DNA of 64,000 bases from an uncultured Planctomycetota bacterium (GTDB lineage: Bacteria > Planctomycetota > Planctomycetia > Isosphaerales > Isosphaeraceae), in the NCBI GenBank assembly GCA_963823665.1, contig CAWGMQ010000008.1, positions 640,001-704,000 of the forward strand, in the 5' to 3' direction. This document shows, in pieces, positions 20,017-30,895 of the stretch (the stretch's first letter is position 1; each line of letters begins with the position of its first letter). A model generated the notes under the pieces. That model searched no databases. It worked only from the letters and a program-made list of their open reading frames with translations, and was not told where the DNA came from. The position numbers were made by a program, and so were the translations under genes.

Positions 20017-20856
20017 TCAGGCGCGCGACTTGATGAACGTCAATCCGTCGCTGCAAAGCGCCAGGGCGTCGGGAAACAGGTCTCGCCACACCTTTGTGGC
20101 CGCGGCCAGGGCCGGCAGTGCCCGCCCAAATGCCTCGATCGTCAGATATCCGTTGTATTTGTGGGCGTTGAGACCGCCGAAGAAACCGTCCCAGTCGACC
20201 TGCCCCGTGCCCGGCACGCCACGGTCGTTCTCCGAAACATGCACGTGGATCGTCTCGGCGGCGCATGATGCGATGGCTTTCGCCTGGTCCTTCTCTTCGA
20301 TATGCGCATGAAAGCTGTCGTACATCATTTTGCAGGCAGGATGATCCACCGCGCGCACGAATCGGGCGGTCTGCGCGGCCGTGGTCAGAAAGTAGATCTC
20401 GAACCGGTTCAGGTACTCGACGGCGATCTTCATGCCCCGGGCCTGCGCCTTCTCGGCCGCGCGCTGAAGCGTTTCGACGCCCTGCTTGAACTCGTCTTCA
20501 GTCGGTCCTTCGCCTGAAAAAACGCCGATCGCCGAATGCGTCGGCCCGCACAGGATCTCGCACCCGAACGCCTGACCACATTCCATCACCCGATCGAGAT
20601 GTGTAACCGCCGCCGCGCGGATCTTGGGATCGGCCGAGATCGGGTTGGTTTCAGGCCCCATCACCGTCACGGCCGTCGCCCCCAAGCCCAGACTCTTGAC
20701 CCGCTTGCCTAGTCGTTCAAACGGCGCAAGGTCGGCCGTGTCGAAGATCGGCACTTCAACCGAGTCAAAGCCCAGGGCCTTGATTCGCTCGAGGATCGCA
20801 TCGTGCTGCTCGGTAACATGAGTTGTCCACAACAATAGGTTCATGCCGATTTTCAT
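20017..20856 (-). CDS. Sugar phosphate isomerase/epimerase (D-psicose/D-tagatose 3-epimerase-like TIM barrel)
   Basis: EYLNRFE, DSFHAHIEE, HVHVSENDRGVPG. Confidence 0.88.
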   Translation of the reverse strand: MKIGMNLLLWTTHVTEQHDAILERIKALGFDSVEVPIFDTADLAPFERLGKRVKSLGLGATAVTVMGPETNPISADPKIRAAAVTHLDRVMECGQAFGCEILCGPTHSAIGVFSGEGPTEDEFKQGVETLQRAAEKAQARGMKIAVEYLNRFEIYFLTTAAQTARFVRAVDHPACKMMYDSFHAHIEEKDQAKAIASCAAETIHVHVSENDRGVPGTGQVDWDGFFGGLNAHKYNGYLTIEAFGRALPALAAATKVWRDLFPDALALCSDGLTFIKSRA

Positions 20857-20919
20857 GGTTCCTGTTCCTTCCGTAGCCCATCATTTTCCGAGGATGCTCA
20901 ACCGTAAAAGAGCACAATC

Positions 20920-22068
20920 TCAAACCGGCACCACTTCCTCCCACTTGTTGTGCTCCGCCGAGTCCAGCACCGCATCGCAAACAGCCTGCGTGGCAAGCGC
21001 GTCCCTGAAGGTTGGCGCGGTCGGCTGACCTTTGCCCAGGTTCTCCAGGAAGTCAGCCACCTGGTGCACGAACGTGTGCTCGTAGCCGATCTGCAAGCCC
21101 GGAACCCACCAGTTCTTCATGTACGGCATGTCGCCGTCGGTGACGTGCACTTTTCGCCAGCCGCGAACGATCGAGTCGTCACGATGATCGAAATAATCGA
21201 GCCGATGCAGGTCCTCGAGGTCCCACTTGAGCGACGCCTTCTCGCCGTTGACTTCAAACGTGTAAAGCGCCTTGTGGCCTCGCGCGTACCGCGTCGATTC
21301 GAACAGCCCGAGCGAGCCGTTATCGAATCGGCAAAGGAACGCACACGCGTCGTCAATGCCCACTGGCTCGACCTTGCCTGTCAAGTTGTGCTTGCGCTCC
21401 TTGATAAAAGTCTCCGTCATCGCACAGACCGATCCGATCGACCCGTTGAGCCAGAGCGCCGTGTCGATGCAGTGGGCCAGCAGGTCGCCAGTGACACCCG
21501 AGCCCGCCGTCGCCACGTCCAGCCTCCAGAGCCCCGTTCCTCCCTGCGGCAGATCGGCCGAAATCGTCCAGTCTTGAAGAAAGTTGGCTCGATAGTGAAA
21601 GATCTTGCCCAACCGTCCTTCGTCGATTAACTGCTTGGCAAGCGTCACCGCGGGAATGCGGCGGTAGTTGTACCAGACCGTATTGGCCACGCCGGCCTTC
21701 TCGACCGCGTCGACCATCTGCTGGCCCTCGACCATGTTCATCGCCAGCGGCTTTTCGCACAGCACCATCTTGCCCGCTGCAATTGCCCCGAGCGCAATTT
21801 CGGCGTGCGTGTTATTGGGCGTGCAGATGTCGATCGCGTCGATATCTTTGCGCAGAACCAGCTTTCGCCAATCGGTCTCCGTCGACTCGTATCCCCACTT
21901 CTCCGCGAAAGCCTTCGCACCCTCGGCCGTTCGCCCGCAAATCGCTTTCAACACCGGTCGGTACGGCACGTCAAAGAAATCGTTGACCCGCTTGTAAGCA
22001 TTCGAATGCGTCCGGCCCATGAAGCCATAGCCCACGACGCCGATATTCAAAGGTTTCAGTTTCGACAT
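20920..22068 (-). CDS. Gfo/Idh/MocA family oxidoreductase
   Basis: [29 protein letters not shown]. Confidence 0.92.
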   Translation of the reverse strand: MSKLKPLNIGVVGYGFMGRTHSNAYKRVNDFFDVPYRPVLKAICGRTAEGAKAFAEKWGYESTETDWRKLVLRKDIDAIDICTPNNTHAEIALGAIAAGKMVLCEKPLAMNMVEGQQMVDAVEKAGVANTVWYNYRRIPAVTLAKQLIDEGRLGKIFHYRANFLQDWTISADLPQGGTGLWRLDVATAGSGVTGDLLAHCIDTALWLNGSIGSVCAMTETFIKERKHNLTGKVEPVGIDDACAFLCRFDNGSLGLFESTRYARGHKALYTFEVNGEKASLKWDLEDLHRLDYFDHRDDSIVRGWRKVHVTDGDMPYMKNWWVPGLQIGYEHTFVHQVADFLENLGKGQPTAPTFRDALATQAVCDAVLDSAEHNKWEEVVPV

Positions 22069-22092
22069 GGTCTTCTCCGTGGATTATTCTCG

Positions 22093-23142
22093 CTACTCCG
22101 ACCACCCGTGCGCTTCACGCACGGCGATCATCGCGGCCAGGATGTCGGTCCAGGTCTTCGGGTTCGTCATCACGGCATTCGGAAACATGCAGCCGTCCCA
22201 GCAGACGTGGCGGATGCGCTTCGTCAGCTTGCCATCGTCGTCACGCAGCCAGAACCCGGCATGATGCGCGATATCGAGCTTGCCCGCCGGGTCATTCGCC
22301 AGGCAATGCCTCCCCGTGTGGTCGTGAGTGCCCGAGCCGTACACGGTCGCGTCATTCTGCGCGACATGGAAGTCGATCGTCCACGGCCGCAGCGCCGCCG
22401 TTAACTTTTTCAGTGCCGCGTCCAGCACCGATCGGTCCTTCCAGTCGTATCCTGCGGGAAGGATCCGATCTTCAGGAGCGTTTTCCCCCAGCGTGTAGAG
22501 CAGCGTATGCGCCATATCGGCCTGGAAACCCAGCGTCTCGGGCTCGTTCACCCGCTCGAGCAGGTCGACCATCGTTCGCCACGAGTGCATCCCGCCCCAG
22601 CAAATCTCACCCTCGGCCGCTAGCTTCTCGCCAAAATCGCGAGCGATCGCCGCGGCCTCCTTGAATGTCTCGGCGATCTTCTTCTGGTTGCCGATCGGGT
22701 CCTTCGCCCAGTCTGCCGGTGATGACGCCGAATCGATCCTCACCACCCCGTTTGGCCGGACCCCCATCTCACGTAGCGACCTGGCGATCCGGCACGCCTT
22801 GCGAATGGCGTTCAAGTAGTTCTCGCGCTGTTTGGCGTCACCCATCGCTGACCCGTCGAACCACACCGGTGCCACGACCGAGCCCACGACGAAGCCCTTT
22901 GCCGCGATCTTGCCGGCGAGCGCTTTCAAGTCGTCGTCGCTGATGTCGATATTGACGTGCGGATCGTACAGGAAGATGTCGACGCCGTCGAACTTGACTC
23001 CGCCCACCTGCGCCGCCGCCGTCAAGTTGAGCATCGTGTCCAGGTCGATGAACGGCTCGGCCCCCTCGCTCCCTTTGCCGACGATGCCCGGCCACATCGC
23101 ATTGTGCAATTTCGGATAATTATGGGAGTGGTTGCCGCTCAT
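22093..23142 (-). CDS. Xylose isomerase-like TIM barrel protein
   Basis: [29 protein letters not shown]; operonic with the oxidoreductase. Confidence 0.8.
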   Translation of the reverse strand: MSGNHSHNYPKLHNAMWPGIVGKGSEGAEPFIDLDTMLNLTAAAQVGGVKFDGVDIFLYDPHVNIDISDDDLKALAGKIAAKGFVVGSVVAPVWFDGSAMGDAKQRENYLNAIRKACRIARSLREMGVRPNGVVRIDSASSPADWAKDPIGNQKKIAETFKEAAAIARDFGEKLAAEGEICWGGMHSWRTMVDLLERVNEPETLGFQADMAHTLLYTLGENAPEDRILPAGYDWKDRSVLDAALKKLTAALRPWTIDFHVAQNDATVYGSGTHDHTGRHCLANDPAGKLDIAHHAGFWLRDDDGKLTKRIRHVCWDGCMFPNAVMTNPKTWTDILAAMIAVREAHGWSE

Positions 23143-23203
23143 TGCATTGTCCTCGTGTTCAGCGTGTCATCAAAAAAAGGATTCGCATCTCAGGATCAAC
23201 ACC

Positions 23204-23881
23204 CTATCGATTCTCGCGCGGCCGAGCCACCTGGGGCGCGCCGTCGACGAGGTGGTTTCTCACAAGCTGCTCGACTCGGCGGACCGCCCGGATATAGCGA
23301 AAGCCGTCTTGAGACCAATTCAGACCACCCTCCGCTGATTCAATCGCCCTGGGTCCGAACAGCAGACTTCCCGAGCCATCGGGCGTCTGGACGCGCACCA
23401 AGTTACGAATTTCGCCCGGAGGGAACGTCCTGATCCGGACGGCATTGCTCCTGGGCTCGGGATTCCAGATGATCGCTCGCCGCTCCGTCACCGCATAACA
23501 CACACTTGCATCCCGCGACCGCTGCTTGATTCGCGAGATCCAGTTACCAACCAGGCCAATCCCGATCAGCGAGGCAACCGCCACCAAGAATATACCGAGC
23601 GTCATCGCGGACCCGTCGTCGAATCGTTGCCGGTCAAGTGCGCGCATCATTCCAGATGCGCCCAGAACGAGAAGAGTTGCGGAAATCGCACTCCACACAT
23701 AAAACGCCACCCCGGGACGCGCGAAAGGCGGCTCGGATCGCGCCGCCCAGAGCAGCCGCTCGCCGGGCTCGAGCTCCCCTTTGATTCGCACACGAAGCTC
23801 GTTCGTCAATGACTCGAACGCGTCGCCGTCAGGCGCAACACAAAAGTCGTCCGTATCATGGCAACGCGCTCCAACTGTCAT
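23204..23881 (-). CDS. Hypothetical membrane protein (two TM helices plus PH-like tail)
   Basis: ELEPGERLLWAARS, two hydrophobic segments, YAVTERRAII; TGATG coupling to the upstream Uma2 gene. Confidence 0.65.
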   Translation of the reverse strand: MTVGARCHDTDDFCVAPDGDAFESLTNELRVRIKGELEPGERLLWAARSEPPFARPGVAFYVWSAISATLLVLGASGMMRALDRQRFDDGSAMTLGIFLVAVASLIGIGLVGNWISRIKQRSRDASVCYAVTERRAIIWNPEPRSNAVRIRTFPPGEIRNLVRVQTPDGSGSLLFGPRAIESAEGGLNWSQDGFRYIRAVRRVEQLVRNHLVDGAPQVARPRENR

Positions 23882-24570
23882 CACGAGCCCCCGCTCGACT
23901 TCGGCAAGATCATGTCGCGCACCCACGCCTCGAGCTGCTCGTTCCACCGGTCGGCCCCCAGTTCACTAGCGCGAGCCAAGCTTTCCAGGATGTCCGCCGA
24001 CGAAAGGCCCAAGAGAGCGCTCCGCTCTGGTTGCGCGTATGAGCCGTCACCCCGCAACACACAAATCGCGAACTGCGACGACTTGGGTTGAAACCGCCAA
24101 ACTTCTCCCACACCCAAACGTCCCCAGGCGACGAGCGCCATCTCGGCCGAGTGGCTCACCTCAACCTCGATCGCCAGATCGGGCGGCGGTTGATCCTCAA
24201 GATTGATGTCGACCGGCCCTCTCATCCGAACTGCATTCTCGCCGAAATAAAACGTCTTATCGCCCTCGAGCCCAGCATCCGTTTTCTCGCGGCGGTACGT
24301 TGCCTGGCCAGCATCCTCCCAGAGAATGCCGAGTACTCGAGCCAGTGCTTTCACCAGCTCAGCCAATCGCTCCGCAAACCAGTCATGCCGCCGCGATTTC
24401 CCCACGAAAGACAGCTTCCCGACGCAGTAGATCAACCGTAAGCCAGGCTGGTCCTCGAGCGCATCGCTGACTTTGACGTACGCGTCCCACGTGACACGCC
24501 CCATCTCGAATCGCTGTTCGACCGGCTCGGCTTCGGCAGAGGGTGGATTCTCGAGCGTCACCGACATCAT
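23881..24570 (-). CDS. Uma2 (DUF820) family PD-(D/E)xK protein
   Basis: VTWDAY, GLEGDKTFYF, PPPDLAIEVEVS, LGVGEVWRF. Confidence 0.88.
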   Translation of the reverse strand: MMSVTLENPPSAEAEPVEQRFEMGRVTWDAYVKVSDALEDQPGLRLIYCVGKLSFVGKSRRHDWFAERLAELVKALARVLGILWEDAGQATYRREKTDAGLEGDKTFYFGENAVRMRGPVDINLEDQPPPDLAIEVEVSHSAEMALVAWGRLGVGEVWRFQPKSSQFAICVLRGDGSYAQPERSALLGLSSADILESLARASELGADRWNEQLEAWVRDMILPKSSGGS

Positions 24571-24576
24571 TGCACC

Positions 24577-25299
24577 TCACTTCCCTTCAGTGGCGTCATC
24601 GCCATTCGAAGGCAGGTCGCCCGTCTGTCTCGGCCGAATCACTCGGTCCACCCAGCCCGGTAGATGCGCGATGACTGAAGCCATTCCCGAAGCCTCGGCT
24701 TCCCGCACAAGCTCAATAATGTCGTCCGTGCCCAGCTCCGGTAGCCAGAGACTGCGAGCAATGCTCTCATAGCTTCCATCCTCCACGAGTCTGAAGAACG
24801 AGCATCGCAGCGCAGCCGCATCGAACCGCCAGACCTCAGGAACCCGAGCACGCCCCCAGGCGATAACGGCTTCATCCGCGGGGTGGCTGACCTCAACCTC
24901 GATCGCAAGGTCAGGCGGAGGGTCCACACTGAAGTCATAGTCCCTTCCACCCCGCATTCTGAGCGCGTTGGCACCGAAGTGAAACGTGCGATCACCCTCC
25001 AGACCGGCCCCCTTCTCGCGACGGCGATACGTGGCTTCCCCCGCCGGCTCGCAAGGGATGCCCAGATGCGCCGCGATCCCCACGACAAGATGGCCCAGGC
25101 ATTCGGAAAGCCACTCATGCCGCCGCGATTTCCCCACGAAAGACAGCCTCCCGTCGCAGTAGATCAACCGTAAACCAGTCTGGTCCTCGAGCGCATCGCT
25201 GATCTTGACGTACGCGTCCCACGTGACGCGCCCCATCACAAAGAGCTGCTCGCCACTCTCAGAAATTGCGGCGGCCTGGCTCGCGATCGTCATCGTCAC
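24577..25299 (-). CDS. Uma2 (DUF820) family protein, tandem paralog
   Basis: VTWDAY, GLEGDRTFHF, PPPDLAIEVEVS, VPEVWRF. Confidence 0.88.
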   Translation of the reverse strand: MTMTIASQAAAISESGEQLFVMGRVTWDAYVKISDALEDQTGLRLIYCDGRLSFVGKSRRHEWLSECLGHLVVGIAAHLGIPCEPAGEATYRRREKGAGLEGDRTFHFGANALRMRGGRDYDFSVDPPPDLAIEVEVSHPADEAVIAWGRARVPEVWRFDAAALRCSFFRLVEDGSYESIARSLWLPELGTDDIIELVREAEASGMASVIAHLPGWVDRVIRPRQTGDLPSNGDDATEGK

Positions 25300-25308
25300 G
25301 CCGGCACC

Positions 25309-26548
25309 TCACTTCGCCTTTTTGCCATGATCGCCCACCGCCGGCAGATCCGCGTGCGTGTCCGGCCCGAAATACCGCAGACTGACGAACGGCTCGCTCC
25401 CCGTGTTGTGGAAGAGCACGCCTTCGCCCGCCCGCTTGGCCGTGACGAACACCTCGTCCGCGGTCATTTCACCAAACCGGATGAAGTTCGGGCTGTCCAC
25501 CGCCAGCTTCCCGATCAAGCCGCTCCCCTGCACAACGATCAATCCATAAGCACCCGGGTCTTTGATCGTGATCGACCGCCCCGGCTCGACCGTCAGCTCG
25601 CAGGCGCTGAAGAGCTGCTTCGAGTCGACTCGGCCGTACACGATCCACTTGTCGACGTAGCCCGCCGAAGATCCTCCCGAACGCTCGATCGGCTCCAGAT
25701 AGTTGTTCTTCTTGAACTCCGGATCGACGTTCTTTTCCCAGTCGAGCTGGTCGACGAGATAGTTGATGTCCTTGTGATAGGCATCCGGAACGTCCTTGAC
25801 CAGCAGCTCCCAGGGAACGCGCCGGCCTTCGACCATCGATTGATACATCCCGAAGACGTCCGAGCCCCACTGGGGCTCATACGTCAGTAGCGACCCCGGC
25901 GCGTGCAGCACGCACGGCGGAATCAGCCACCCGGTGCCGGGCTTGAGCCGATACGCCTTCGAGTGGTCGAGGATCCCGTTGTCCCCCTGGTTCCACCGCT
26001 CCAGGCAGCGATGAATGTCTCCCTTCGTCGTCCCCGGCTCGAGCCCCATGAACGTGTAGGGAAAGAGGTTGCCCGTCCAGTTGAGCTGAGGGGGGAAATA
26101 GTAGCTTTCGGGCTTGCCCTCACGTCCCAGGAGCGCCGCCTGCTTCTGGTTCTGGTGCATGTGGTGCGGAATCGGCCCCAGGTTGTCGAAGAACTTGCTG
26201 TAGACCGGCCAGCGCTTGTAGGTATTCCACAAGCTGCCCCCGATGATCTCCGCTCCAAACGTTTCGATCGCCTGCTTCAGCGTAAATCGGTCGCCGTTGT
26301 GCACCACGTACGAGAGGCCCTCATCGGGCGGCGCCCCTTCGTTCGCCGCCGCCGTCGTCGACGCGAACCAGCGCTCGTCGATTCCTCCGCGATGCGTCCC
26401 CAGCGCATAAAGGTCCTCGCGCGAAAGCTTCAGGCGGCCCCCCGGCATCAAGAACGACCGCGGCACCCAGGTGGGCGCCAGCCTTAGTATTCCCTCGCCG
26501 GTCTCGACGCGCCGCGCGCACCCGCGCAGCCTGGTTCTGCTCGCTCAT
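25309..26548 (-). CDS. Cupin-fold, phosphomannose isomerase-like protein, frameshifted at ~26510
   Basis: PHHMHQ, KPESYYF, LHAPG, EPQWGSD; N-terminal MSEQNQAARVRAA joins ETGEGILRLAPTWVPRSF only after a frame change. Confidence 0.7.
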
Positions 26549-26612
26549 CCCTATCCCTCTCGTAACAAACAAACAAGGTTTAGAAAGCAGGGCACGACCC
26601 GCGGCCTCGATT

Positions 26613-27577
26613 TTAGGGCGAGTCGCGGAAAAAAGCGATGACGCTCTCCAGGATCTGGTCCAGCGATCGCGTGGGACGGTAGCCGATCAGCGATCCGATC
26701 TTGCTGATGTCCGGAACTCGCCGCGGCATGTCCTCGAATCCCTCGCCGTACGCCTGCTCGTACGGCACGCACACAATCTCGGATCCTGACCCGGCCAGCA
26801 CCCTCACCCGCTCGGCGAGCGCGCGGATCGTCACCTCCTCGCTCGAGCCGATGTTGAACACCTCGCCCACCGCGCCGGGGTGCTCCATCAGCTTCATGAG
26901 CGCCCCGCCACATCCGTGACGGCCGTGAAACATCGAGACTGGCTGCCATCGCCGTAAATCGTGATCGGCCGGCCCGTCAGTGCCTGCTTGACGAACGTCG
27001 GCACAACCATTCCGTACTGACCTGTCTGCCGCGGGCCCACCGTATTGAATAGCCGGGCGATCACGGTTGGCAGCTTGCGCTCCCGCCAGTACGCCAGCGC
27101 CAGGAACTCGTCGATCGCCTTCGAGCATGCATAACTCCAGCGCCCCTTGGAAGTCGGCCCAAGCACCAGGTTGCCGTCCTCACGAAACGGCACCTGGTCG
27201 GAGAGGCCATATACCTCGGAAGTCGACGCCACCAGGACTTTTTTCTTCTTCTTGTTGGCCTTCGCCAGCACCACCTCGGTTCCATGCACGTTCGTCTCGA
27301 TCGTCCTCACCGGGCTCTCGACGATCAGACGCACGCCCACCGCCGCCGCCAGGTGGAAGATCACGTCGCACTGGTCCACCAGCTCGGCCACAGTCGGCCC
27401 ATGATGCACACTCTCAATCGTATAATGGAACCGGGGATTCGCCCGCAGATGGCCGATGTTGTCGATGCTTCCCGTGGAAAGATCATCCAGAATGAAAACT
27501 TCGTCCCCGCGCTCCAGATAGGCATCCGCCAGGTGCGATCCAATGAAACCCGCACCGCCGGTGATCAAAACTCGCAT
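26613..27577 (-). CDS. NAD-dependent epimerase/dehydratase (nucleotide-sugar SDR), frameshifted at ~26905
   Basis: TGGAGFIGSH, STSEVYG, YACSK, FNTVGPRQ; the C-terminus ALMKLMEHPGAVGEVFNIG is in the next frame. Confidence 0.9.
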
Positions 27578-27681
27578 GCAACGTGGTCCTCGATGTCAAT
27601 TCCGAAAGCCGCCCCGATTATACGCCGATTTCCGCGCCGCAGTGAGGCGCTCGCCCGGTAGTTGTGCTATTCTCTCCCGTG

Positions 27682-27735
27682 GCACTGGCTCGGCCGGTGC
27701 TCCGTTGTAGCAGGCACACTCCGTGTGCCGCCCGC
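27682..27735 (+). repeat. GTAG-family REP-like element, copy 1
   Basis: GTAGCAGGCACACTCCGTGTGCCGCCCGC, preceded by a GCACTGGC..GCCGGTGC palindrome; same core at 54707, 54748 and 61997. Confidence 0.85.
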
Positions 27736-27825
27736 AGATTTCCGATGGACGACAGTGGCCCAGCGAGGGCTCCAACTTGAGCCAGACACCACCGGGCCGC
27801 AACCGTGATGCAAGGTAGGAAGCCC

Positions 27826-28431
27826 ATGCTGGAAGGCCCTCTGGTATTCGTCGACATCGATACCCAGCGCGACTTCATGGAGCCCGGCGGCGCGCTCTAC
27901 GTGACGCGAGCGACCGAGATCGCGCCCAACCTCGCCAGGCTGAGCACCACCGCGGCCCGCCACGGCATCCCGATCCTGGCTTCGGCCTGCTCGCATCAGC
28001 CCGACGACCCCGAGCTTCAGCTTTTTCCGCCCCATTGCATGGCCGGCACGCCCGGCCAGAGCCGCATTCCGGCGACCGCTCAGCCCGGCTCCGTCGTGTT
28101 GCCGGTCGGAACACACCTTTCCGGCGAGCGGCCGCCGCACCTGACTCTGGAGAAAAACGATCTCGACATGTTCAGTCGCGCCGACTCGGACGAAATCCTC
28201 GATCGCTATAACCAGGGCCACCCCCTCTTCGTCGTCTACGGGGTCGCAACCGACTACTGCGTGAAGAAAGCCGTGGACGGGTTGCTCCTGCGACAGTGCC
28301 GCGTCGCGATCGTGGTCGACGCGATCCGCGCGATCGATCCCGCCGCCGAGACTGGCATCTTGACCGATTTCGCCCGCCGCGGCGCACTCCTCGTGCTCAC
28401 CCGAGTCGTCTGCGAAGCATCGCACGCGTGA
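27826..28431 (+). CDS. pncA: Nicotinamidase/isochorismatase family cysteine hydrolase
   Basis: DIDTQRDF, PPHC, EK, GVATDYCV (D-K-C triad). Confidence 0.8.
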   Translation: MLEGPLVFVDIDTQRDFMEPGGALYVTRATEIAPNLARLSTTAARHGIPILASACSHQPDDPELQLFPPHCMAGTPGQSRIPATAQPGSVVLPVGTHLSGERPPHLTLEKNDLDMFSRADSDEILDRYNQGHPLFVVYGVATDYCVKKAVDGLLLRQCRVAIVVDAIRAIDPAAETGILTDFARRGALLVLTRVVCEASHA

Positions 28432-28504
28432 GCGAGACGAGCACCCCTGCCGGTTTCCACTTTTCCGGCCCCGGGCGATCATTGATTTCGGAGGAACCTC
28501 GACC

Positions 28505-29305
28505 ATGCAAGACAAATATCGCAAGCGATACCGAGCTCAGCCGGCCTCAAGCCGGTTGCGCGAGCAGATCGCCCGCGAGGCCGCCCGGCGCGTCTACAAG
28601 ACGTTGGTACCTAGGGTGACGGACGAGCCTCCCCCGGGTTGGCTCGACGCCGCGAGCTCAAACGACCTCTACGCCGCCAAACGAAAAGCAGCGGCTGTGC
28701 TCGGCCACCGGCTGCGCCCCGGTGATCTCCCCTCCGATTCGGAAGTTCGCGAGCAGCTTCTCGCACTCGCGCGCGACCCCGCCGGTATCACCGCAGACCC
28801 CGATCCAGAGCCCGAGCCAGGCGCCCCGATCGCCACTCTTGCCGAATCCCTCGATCGTTTCGCCCTCTACAAGATGCGCCTCCAGCCGCTCGAATCCGTC
28901 AAGCTGAACCCCAAGCATCATCCCGAGGGAGACGCCCTTTTTCACAGCCTCCAGGTCTTTCAACTGGCGCGAGACGTTCGCCCTTACGACGAGGAATTCC
29001 TGCTGGCAGCCCTCTTGCACGAGGTCGGCCTCGCCATCGATCCGGACAGCTCGGTCGCCGCCGCAATCGATGCCCTTCGAGGCTCCGTCACCGAGCGCAC
29101 TCTCTGGCTGATCGAGCATCAGAACGACCTGCCCATCCCCGCAAAGCTCAAGCGCACCATCGACGGATCCGATTACGCCGATGATTTGCTGCTCCTTCGC
29201 GAGCTCGATCAAGCCGGCCGCGTCCCCGGTCAAGCCGTGGACACGGTCGTTGAAGTCCTCGACTACATCAAAGGCCTCGAGCACGAAAGCTATCTCGACG
29301 ACTGA
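28505..29305 (+). CDS. HD-superfamily-like protein (HE variant)
   Basis: HPEGDALFHSLQVF...AALLHEVG...RELDQAGR. Confidence 0.7.
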   Translation: MQDKYRKRYRAQPASSRLREQIAREAARRVYKTLVPRVTDEPPPGWLDAASSNDLYAAKRKAAAVLGHRLRPGDLPSDSEVREQLLALARDPAGITADPDPEPEPGAPIATLAESLDRFALYKMRLQPLESVKLNPKHHPEGDALFHSLQVFQLARDVRPYDEEFLLAALLHEVGLAIDPDSSVAAAIDALRGSVTERTLWLIEHQNDLPIPAKLKRTIDGSDYADDLLLLRELDQAGRVPGQAVDTVVEVLDYIKGLEHESYLDD

Positions 29306-29307
29306 CC

Positions 29308-30821
29308 TCACAAATCCTCCGGCTTGATCACCTCATCCCCGCTCCTCGACAGCAGCGCACGCAGCACCGCCGGCGCAATCGTCGCCGGCAAATAACGCAC
29401 CGAGCCATCCGCAAACATCGCATTGATTCCCCCGGGAGTGTGGCTCCTGAAAATGCTCTCGATCCCGGGCTCGGGGTCGAACTCCCAGTCGTCCGGTTTG
29501 GTCCACACCACCGCGTGATCATCCCCCGCATCGATCCCGACGATTGTATTCGACGTGCCGTCGGTGATGTCGCGGATGCTCACCGGTTCCGCGCCCCTGA
29601 GTATCGTGCCCGCCCCTCGCGCGGCAAGGTATCGGGTCTTTCCTTCGGCCACGAGCGCCGCCTTCTCGGCAGGACAATGGAACACCTCGGGCATCTTGGA
29701 AATGAGAGCACGGTTGTGCGGGCTGTCCCAGGCCTCGTCCAGATGAAACTGGTCGTATAGCGCCTTCTGCTCCAGGTACGGTAAGATCAGCACGCGCCAG
29801 CTCAAGAGTGGCTTGCCATCCTTGCTCCGGCTGAACGCCGGCGGGAAGGCATTGTGCGCGTCGTGGTAATTGTGCATCGCCAGAATGATCTGCTTTTCGT
29901 TATTCGTGCACTGGTTGCGAACGGCCGCCTCGCGAGCCGACGCCGTGACCGCATCGAGGATCGCACCCGCCTGCCGAGCATCGACCGATAACGTGACGCG
30001 ATCACCGGTCGCCGTCGGCTTGAGCTCGGCTACTGCCTTCGCCAGCCCCGGCACGGCTTTCTCGATCTCCGCCGAGCCCCGCAGCAAGTCGACGAGCTTT
30101 TCTGCCAGTTGCTTGAGCGCCCCGGCAGCCTGCGCATCGCGCGAGCCGGCAACCAGCCTGAAGGTAGGTTTCGCCGCGTCGTCAATCCCTGCGGCAGCCC
30201 ACAGCAGCCCCCGCGTCAAGCCGGTCATCGGCCCGCCCCCAAGCTCCTCCGGCAGCATCGGCACCATCTCCTCCAGGACCCGACGGCTCTCTGCCGACGG
30301 AAGAACGAACAATTGAATCGCCACCGACTCCTCACTGAGCGCCCGGAATGCCGCCGAGAATTCGGGCGCACAGTTACCGGCTCCGTCGCCTTTCCCACCC
30401 GAGCCACCGCCTCGGCGGTCCCCGCCACGATCGCGTTATGAATGGGTGTCGCCTCGCCATGAATCGTTCGCGCGATTCCCTCCGCCTGCGCCCCGCCGGC
30501 AAGGGGCACAATCACCAGCGGTTGACCCGGCATATCGATGATGCTGAACAGGACGTAGAGGTCCTTCGCCCCCGCGGCTTTGAGACCCTCTGACCACCGA
30601 AGCATGAATGCCTTTCCGTCAGACAGGAATCCCGGCGGTGCATCGCCGAAGACTCTGGCCGACAACTTCGGCACGTCCAGCTTGGCCACATCCACGTGAA
30701 TCACGGCAAACACATCCGGCGATACGAAAGGTGCGATCTCCTTGACCCGTGCATCGCTGCCAGCAGCGCCCGGGCCCTGTGCCAGCGCCAAGAGCACCAG
30801 TGTGGCAAAAGCAGTCATCAT
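29308..30821 (-). CDS. Secreted DUF1559 domain protein with long N-terminal extension, frameshifted at ~30365
   Basis: Signal peptide; C-terminal AREAAVRNQCTNNEKQIILAMHNYHD, LSWRV, ITDGTSNT, HTPGGINAMFADGSV. Confidence 0.85.
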
Positions 30822-30895
30822 GAAGTTTCTCCCTTGTTGCAGGCTATTGTTGGTCTTGGCCAGAATTCCTGCACGGCCCGTTCGGCCATGCCACA

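Noticed and set aside
23857..23859. Frameshifted start of the 23204 membrane gene
   Set aside because: An in-frame ATG at 23881 coupled to the Uma2 stop (TGATG) explains the gene without an indel.
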